This document shows, piece after piece, positions 57,553-64,000 of a stretch of 64,000 bases of DNA (the stretch's first letter is position 1; each line of letters starts with the position of its first letter). Where the stretch lies: NCBI GenBank assembly GCA_004764695.1, contig SMSO01000014.1, forward strand, positions 2,661,648 through 2,725,647, given 5' to 3'. The notes below the pieces were generated by a model. It ran no database searches. It was not told where the DNA came from and saw only the letters and a program-made list of their open reading frames with translations. The DNA comes from Schizochytrium sp. TIO01 (Eukaryota; Protista; Bigyra: Labyrinthulomycetes). Position numbers and translations under genes: made by a program.

Positions 57553-58132
57553 CAGTGCACATGAAGAGCTTCACTCAAGACCTGCTACGAGATATGGGAT
57601 GTGAAGATTAGTCAACAATTGTCCTTGTCCATACTTGGTAGATTTTTAGGAGCGGCCAGCTGCTGCAATGGATATGGTAAAGTTGAAATCTTCCATACCA
57701 TAACAATGGATAGATATGCTCGAGGTATGGATTGTGACGACGATAGTAACACGAAGAGGGAAACATTTCTGCTTAATGGATTCTTCCTTAGGTCTGCCTG
57801 GTACTTGGGGCGCTCACGGTTCTCTTAAGTGCTGGTGGATTCACCACAGTACACGAAGAAGACCTTCGCTTAAGACTTGCTACAAGATATGAGAGATGTA
57901 AAGGTTTGTTAAACATTTTTTCTTGTCTATACTTGAGGAATTTTAGGAGCGGCTAACTGCTGCAATAGACATGGTAAAGTCAATTTTCTTCATGTCATGC
58001 CGGGATTCATACAAATATGCTCGAAGTAGGGATTGGACGTGATGATAATACGAAGAAGGAAACATCTCTGCTCAATGGATTACGGCTGCCTGGTGCTTGG
58101 GGCGCTCCCGGTTCTCCAAAATGCTAGTGAAG
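57553..58132. repeat. Diverged ~290-bp tandem duplication (copies ~57553-57846 and ~57847-58132)
   Basis: Shared ordered blocks TTTTAGGAGCGGC, CTGCTGCAAT, ATGGTAAAGT, ATATGCTCGA, GGAAACAT.TCTGCT.AATGGAT and CTGCCTGGT.CTTGGGGCGCTC.CGGTTCTC. Confidence 0.9.
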
Positions 58133-59323
58133 TTAAAAATTAGCCATGGTGTCACGTACATCTTCAATAAACTTTTGCCGTGAAGACAAGTCCTGGTAGT
58201 CCATGTTATAAAGACCGATCCAAGTCAAGGTGCACGTGTCAGCCATGAGCGATACGAAGGCTCGAGAGATCATGCTACGGCCATTGTCACCAGCAAGAAA
58301 TACAATGTGTTGAGGTGAACCATATGTTGTAACACAAGCCACTTTTTTAATGTTTGATAGATTTGGCAAAAGTCCAAGATCTCTCAATTTAAGCTGATCT
58401 GCAGCTTCAGGCTCTAAATGGGGAAGGCGGAAAGCTGTGTGCAAAATCCATTGAGGTGAAGGTCATGTGAGTGGGGTCTGTTCGTATAACTTGGCTATTT
58501 ACGTTTAAAGTTTTCACTTACCAACACCAGGCAAAAAGACACGGTCAAAGAATCCCTTTAGAATAGCTGGAACATTAAACCTACTCAGTCAAATTTCACA
58601 CAATTGTGGGATAGAAAATTATCCAAAAGTCTGGGGTTAGACATTTCTCTTTTCCAGTCTTCCAATATTGATCTTTCCCTGTAAAATGAAACTTACCACC
58701 ATGTAGGGTACACAAGGACAAGGGCATCTGCACGCTTTAGTCTTTCAACAATTGGTGCTACATCGCTTGAAGGTGTAGGATAGACTGTCGTGTACTCCTT
58801 TCTTTCGTCAGCGGTGAGGCACGGCTGAAAAGCGTTTCCTTTGCCATCCACATCGTAAAGCTTCAGAACATCTACTTCATGGCCAGCGCGCTCTAAACCT
58901 TCGGTCGCTGCTTGCGCAAGCGCTGCTGAGTAAGAATCTTGAACAGGGTGTGCATGTCTATAAATGCAAATGCATTCGTTTTATAATGTGCATCATAGAT
59001 CACAAGAATCCAGGTTCCCATTTCTTTCTGGTTAGTCTGGTATATAAAACTTAAAGTCAGGCATGAGCTAGGACCACTTCGCGCATCAGCCAAATATGCA
59101 TTTGCATACTCTCTCAGCGTGTATGTTTTCCAAAACAAGGTGCACAGCAAGAGTTGGTGGGTTGACTTTACCCTGCAAAGAGTTGAACGACATTGCCCAA
59201 AGTAGGTCCCGTCCAAGCAGCTACTTACACAAGAAGGACTCGCTTGACACCCTGAGAGGATGCCGGTCCTGGCACAAAGCCCTTGCTTAGCCGATTGGCC
59301 TGAGTTTGAAACCACGCGATCAT
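58133..59323 (-). CDS. Flavodoxin-like NAD(P)H dehydrogenase (quinone), Flavodoxin_2/MdaB-KefF family, 4 exons (~238 aa)
   Basis: Exons 59323-59229, 58957-58697, 58580-58522 and 58434-58133; three GTAAGT...YAG introns with matching phases. Spliced product has KRVLLVHAHPVQDSYSAAL, ADALVLVYPTWWFNVPAILKGFFDRVFLPGVAF and VTTYGSP. Confidence 0.92.
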
Positions 59324-60688
59324 TCTTAGTATAGTTGAGGGTTTGCTTCGTTTTGTGGCGCAATCTCATTTTCACATCATCATCTGCTTGAACTTTCCAT
59401 TTTTTATCTTTAGCTAAAAGAATGAGAAGAAAATGATTACCTAAGGAAATAGGTATTACTACTACGTACTTTCCTCTGATGTCACGGACAAAACAAAGTA
59501 AACAAATCGAAGGAATGAGATACTATCTCAGCAACGAAGCATCTTATCTGAGGCAAAAGGTCATTCAAGCACAAGAGTGTTTGGCGTTATCCGCACTTCA
59601 TCTAATCGCATAATTTTTTCAATCACTAGTCTTTAAGGCAAGTATCTACCATCCATCGCAAGAGATCTCTCCTTCCCCTTACGCTCGTCGATTCCCACTC
59701 GCGAGACAAACTATATATGTGCCACCCGTCTTTTAGTCTGTGCAAGATGATACCAAATCGGCTGTCAAGCTCTCAGCAGCTTTTGGCTTTCCGACACCTA
59801 ATCAAATCCACAAGCACTTCAAAGACACATCTTGGATGAAGTTCCCCTGTATCTAAATTTGAGCTCAATAAATCAGACAAGCAGCACGCCGTTTCCCGTT
59901 GGCTGCGCTTCTCGCGAAGACGGAGACCTAATTCTATTGTGCATCTTAGAATGTGATTTGATTAAGCGAAGAGGAGAGAATCATGAAGAAAAGTATTTAT
60001 TCTATTCTATTTTCTACTCCTAAGACTTTATACTATGTGACTCTAGAAGAGAAGAAGAAAATCTTTCTTGAGGAATACTATATTCTTATTGAGCTAAATA
60101 GCGCTCAGCAAACCAAGAAAGAACCACGCGCTTCTCGAGTTTGAACTCTGGCGGCCGTCGGCTCGGTCTCCCGGCGTACCTGCTTGTGACGGCACTAGTC
60201 CTCTCTGCAAAGAGAGCTTTCTTCCTATACGCGCGGTCGGCTGTTCCATTTCCGCTGGTGCGCGGGGTTCTGCCGGATCTGGCAGCAGAGGGCTTCGCCA
60301 AGAAGTTCCCAGGCTAGTTTCCTGAGAGGAGGTGGCAGAAACAGAGAGACGATCTTCGCAACTACGGAGGAGGAGAGTGTCGCACAGATTTTGATGGGAA
60401 CAAACTTGTCCAAATAGGAAAGTTTGTGGAGCAGTTTTTTGAGTGGTAAGGGTTGATTTCTTCCCTTCAAGACCGTACGGCAGAACTTTATTGAGAACTT
60501 TACTAGAGAACCCCTTAGAGCTTTCTGGGATTCTTTACTTCAAAGCTGAGACTCGTACGCTACCGAGATTGTATCAACTGTTTGGTATTGAGCTGAGACG
60601 AGACTTTGATTTATCTCATCCGAAGCAATTGTTGAACTTGGTCTATTTGTGAAGACCAGCCATTCTCGTCGCGGGCGGGCACCTGTGC

Positions 60689-63031
60689 TTGCTCGCTCGT
60701 CTGGCAAAAATTGCGCGCTCATCAGGAAAGCGCGGCAGACAAGGCGCTTCTGGGCAGAGCGCTTTGGCAAGGCCGAATAAAAAACAGCGCCAACGGAAAC
60801 AATCATCTAGATCGTCTCGGGCTGGAGAACCTCATAGCTCATCGGCAAGTAGGAGTGTCACTGGAAAAGCATCAAGTGAAAGCAGCCGAGGGAGCATTAG
60901 TGGCAGCCGTGGCACCAATAGAAGCAGTAACAGTAGCAACAGCGGCAGCTCCGAGGACAGAAAATTTGCTGGCAGCCCAAAGAATCAAGGCATAGTTGAT
61001 AGCTCTAAAGGAGTGTCTAGTAAAAGTAGTCAACATAAGACCAAGTCAACAAGTGTGCCAGCCTTGCAAGAGACTGCACCTGGAAAGGAAAGAAAACCCT
61101 CGAGACGTAGCTTAAAGAGGAAAATGCAGAACGAAATGGCTGAGAATGGCAAGAGCAAAAAGATTAGCAAGCTGCATTCACGCAAGAAGGTTAATGGTAA
61201 CGCTGGTAATGGTGTTGCTGAAGATGCCTTGCTGACAACCCCGTTGAGCGGATTCACCGTGAATCGTGGTGAAATGATTCGCATCATGCTACAATCCCTG
61301 CGTGACCTCGGCATGGATAGCACAGCAACAACCCTCGAAAAGGAATCTGGCATTTCCGAAGAAAACACTGAGCTAGCTACTGTTGAGAAACTCATCTTGG
61401 TTGGAAAATGGAAAGATGCAGGACAACGATTAATAGAGACATTAAGCAAATCCACGGCGCAAAACATGCGGAAAGATTTCGATAGGGTTGTACGGCGATG
61501 CCAAGTGCTGCTGGCACAGGAGAAGTTTTATGAACTAATTCTTCGCGGACAATTTGCTGCAAGCTTGGAATGCTTACGCGACGAAATCTCCCCCATATTT
61601 GATCGCAAAGATACAGCACGGTATGCAAATCTTATTTTATGTGAAGACCTGGATGCTGTGCATAAAATTCTTGGTAGAACAGCTGAAACTGAAGTTGAAC
61701 ACCGGGCGAAAGTTGTAGAGCGTCTTCGTGAACTATTACCACAATCGTTAGTCTTACCTCGTCAGCGTTTACTAACTTTAGTAGATTATGGTTTACAAGA
61801 ACAACTACGACAGCTGTTCCCCCCCGGCTCTTCAAAAAAAGTTCAGAGTGATATATCTCGCATGCCACTTGCGTACGATTTGTCAGAAGCCCCTGCTGAT
61901 GTCAATCGTGTTCCTACACGAGTTATTCAGCGAATTGTCGTGCATGGGACTAATTGTCAGATTTGGTCAGTTCAGTTTAGCCATGATGGTTTATATATAG
62001 CTTGTGGAGGGACAGATCGTTGTGTAAGAGTTTATTCAGTTCGTGGGAATACGAAGAAGGACCCAGCGGAACGCAAACAAGGCGTAGGCATGCAAAACGG
62101 CGGATCAGATGCTCTCACTCTACATCCATATGTTGTACTTCATGGTGGCCCCGTGACTCGCTTGGCCTGGAGTCCAGATGACACATGGCTAGCTGCGGGT
62201 GATGACAAGGGACACATACTATTGTGGGATGGCCTGCGTGGTAATGCACCAAATTCAGCTCCAGCTTTTGTTTTTCGAAACTTTCGGAAACGAGTAACTG
62301 GCCTTTGTTGGGTGGGAAATACAAATTCCCGCCTTTTAGCGAGTAGCATAGACATTGGAATTGTTCTTTATGACACAATTGATGGCGCGATATTGGCACA
62401 ATGGGGAGGATATCCAGTGTATGATTTTGTCTTTTCGAACGCACAAAAGCTCTTGGTTGCTGCTTGTGGCGGAACTAAAGAATGCCAAGGTCATCACAAA
62501 GATAACTTTAACAGTCGACGGATGCGAGTCTTCTCAGTGGAGACCAATGAAACAGGACGGAAATTTCGATTGCGCGATTTTTCAGATGCGTGCAAAGCGA
62601 ATAGCTTTGGGTCGAGCAAGGACTGTGATGTTGTAGTGAGTATGACACTTTCTCGCGATGAGGAGACTCTTGTGACTACTTTCGAAAACAGCAACCTTAC
62701 AGAATGGAGCATGAAAACTGGAATGCCGCAAAGGACATACATTGGGGCAGACTGTGGTAATGCCACAATGCGGTCGTCGCTGGGCGGTTTTTGTGAAAAC
62801 CTGCTTGCGACGGGCACAATCGATGGTCAAATTTGCATCTGGGACCGTGCTCGCCCTGCTCCTACTTTCGCATCTTTTGAAGACACAAAAGATATCCCAC
62901 CATTGCTCACATTGGGCAATGAACACGTGCAGCCTGTGAATTCAGTCGCTTGGTCTCCTGTGGATCCGTCTCTACTTGTTTCGGTTAGTGATGATGGTTT
63001 AGTATTGCTGTGGTCATGGGCTAGAGAGTGA
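60689..63031 (+). CDS. WDR26: WDR26/GID7-like LisH-CTLH-WD40 protein (CTLH E3 complex)
   Basis: LisH NRGEMIRIMLQSLRDLGMDSTATTLEKESGI, CTLH ILVGKWKDA...EKFYELI, LPRQRLLTLV and WD repeats (IWSVQFSHDG, LAWSPDD, VNSVAWSP). Start uncertain: the first ATG is at 61124, but the frame is open from 60653. Confidence 0.85.
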   Translation: MLARLAKIARSSGKRGRQGASGQSALARPNKKQRQRKQSSRSSRAGEPHSSSASRSVTGKASSESSRGSISGSRGTNRSSNSSNSGSSEDRKFAGSPKNQGIVDSSKGVSSKSSQHKTKSTSVPALQETAPGKERKPSRRSLKRKMQNEMAENGKSKKISKLHSRKKVNGNAGNGVAEDALLTTPLSGFTVNRGEMIRIMLQSLRDLGMDSTATTLEKESGISEENTELATVEKLILVGKWKDAGQRLIETLSKSTAQNMRKDFDRVVRRCQVLLAQEKFYELILRGQFAASLECLRDEISPIFDRKDTARYANLILCEDLDAVHKILGRTAETEVEHRAKVVERLRELLPQSLVLPRQRLLTLVDYGLQEQLRQLFPPGSSKKVQSDISRMPLAYDLSEAPADVNRVPTRVIQRIVVHGTNCQIWSVQFSHDGLYIACGGTDRCVRVYSVRGNTKKDPAERKQGVGMQNGGSDALTLHPYVVLHGGPVTRLAWSPDDTWLAAGDDKGHILLWDGLRGNAPNSAPAFVFRNFRKRVTGLCWVGNTNSRLLASSIDIGIVLYDTIDGAILAQWGGYPVYDFVFSNAQKLLVAACGGTKECQGHHKDNFNSRRMRVFSVETNETGRKFRLRDFSDACKANSFGSSKDCDVVVSMTLSRDEETLVTTFENSNLTEWSMKTGMPQRTYIGADCGNATMRSSLGGFCENLLATGTIDGQICIWDRARPAPTFASFEDTKDIPPLLTLGNEHVQPVNSVAWSPVDPSLLVSVSDDGLVLLWSWARE

Positions 63032-64000
63032 TGTTTGTGTCATGTTAGGTATAAAACGAATTTTTAATTAAAATCAAGCTTGATGTTTTCAAGATATTTT
63101 TCCTTTGAATGAGGTGGTCGGATAGACGAGCAATCAAAAGGAATAAACTAGATAAATTTTTGAGATTGAGTATAAGCAATAGAACGGCATTTCCTTTTTT
63201 CCCTTCTTGTACCTTGACTTCATTTGTTTACTTTTAATTTATAAACAGATATACAAGGGAGCGCGAAATTGAAATGGATGAATGTGACATGGTGCTTCTT
63301 GTGGTTGTCGTATTCTTAAAGCTGTGTGTTTGTTTTGTCTTTCCGCCGTCGACTGGGCGGAATATACGAGCAGTATTTTTTGAATGCTCTATACCTTCAC
63401 AATCCCCCTTTCTCTGCCCTCCTGGGTCCTCCCGGAATGTTTGTCTTAATGTACCCTACCTGGCGAATATGCACGTCAGGCCCAGGAAATGTTCCACCCT
63501 TCATCTACACAACTACGACAACGACAAGCACTTATTTTAAATGAGCAGAAAAACTGCCTGAGCAAAACTTTCAGATGGAAATCGTTTAAAAGAATTCTCG
63601 ACGACGATGTAGCCGCCTGCCTAAATAGTTTCTAAACAGTCATGCCGCCCCCGGCAGTATGTTTTGCCTGTTGCGGAATGAACTTGGACGCACCAAAAAT
63701 AAGGGACACTCTATAAGATCCAAGAATCCCTCTCGATCTTGCTCGGAGCGCTGCGACGGAAACTCTACGAGCAGATAATTTGCAACTTACTAGCGACGGT
63801 GAGTCTTCCAACTTTCTATCCAGCATGTGGTGCCGTCTTGTGGCATGTGCTGCAGTCTCTCTCTTTAGGCTGCACTGCGTTACACACAAAGGGAAGTACG
63901 ATTTCGTACACGTGCGACCCGCGCGTGCAAAACCTGCACTTTTGATTTGGAGACATGCGATCTTCTTTTCATGTGATTACTATCTCGACCAGACAGCAAC

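Noticed and set aside
58893-59375. Apparent MGTWILVIY start followed by a 38-41-nt AT..AC insertion with ATGCACA direct repeats (pseudogene, transposon footprint or minor intron)
   Set aside because: A canonical GTAAGT...TAG intron (59228-58958) joins KRVLLV to HAHP in frame, so this text is intronic coincidence and the gene is intact.

Overview
Gene-dense, intron-poor eukaryotic nuclear DNA with short GT-AG introns, poly-Q tracts and AT-rich spacers. The gene set and style suggest a stramenopile protist, most plausibly a thraustochytrid (labyrinthulomycete); this is inference only. About 23 protein-coding genes are supportable: WNK kinase, a spliced tail-anchored coiled-coil protein, a U-box-like/R3H protein, a membrane Kelch protein, ILRUN/C6orf106, RPT6, CCDC24-like, RNase Z(L), a three-exon Regnase-type NYN RNase fused to a C-terminal KH domain (not recovered intact by the ORF track), a Cys-less thiolase-fold enzyme, two EF-hand proteins, a myristoylated Zn-finger HECT ligase, an EEP hydrolase ending in SKM, peptidase M50B, VPS54, SPT small subunit, a putative transcription factor, a membrane trypsin, a four-exon flavodoxin-like quinone reductase, WDR26/GID7 and two hypotheticals. 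Most genes sit in head-to-head pairs. No tRNA, rRNA, CRISPR array or intact transposon was recognised. Best leads: (1) the NYN-KH ribonuclease, with domain order inverted relative to KHNYN/N4BP1 and divergent from RNase Z; (2) candidate non-AUG N-terminal extensions on WDR26 and RNase Z, both with an in-frame AAA-ATT-G; (3) a multi-hairpin non-coding element at ~11.83-12.0 kb; (4) an Ltp2-like aldolase candidate; (5) apparent +1 frameshifts near the C-termini of two genes. All family calls come from motif recognition by eye; no database searches were run.
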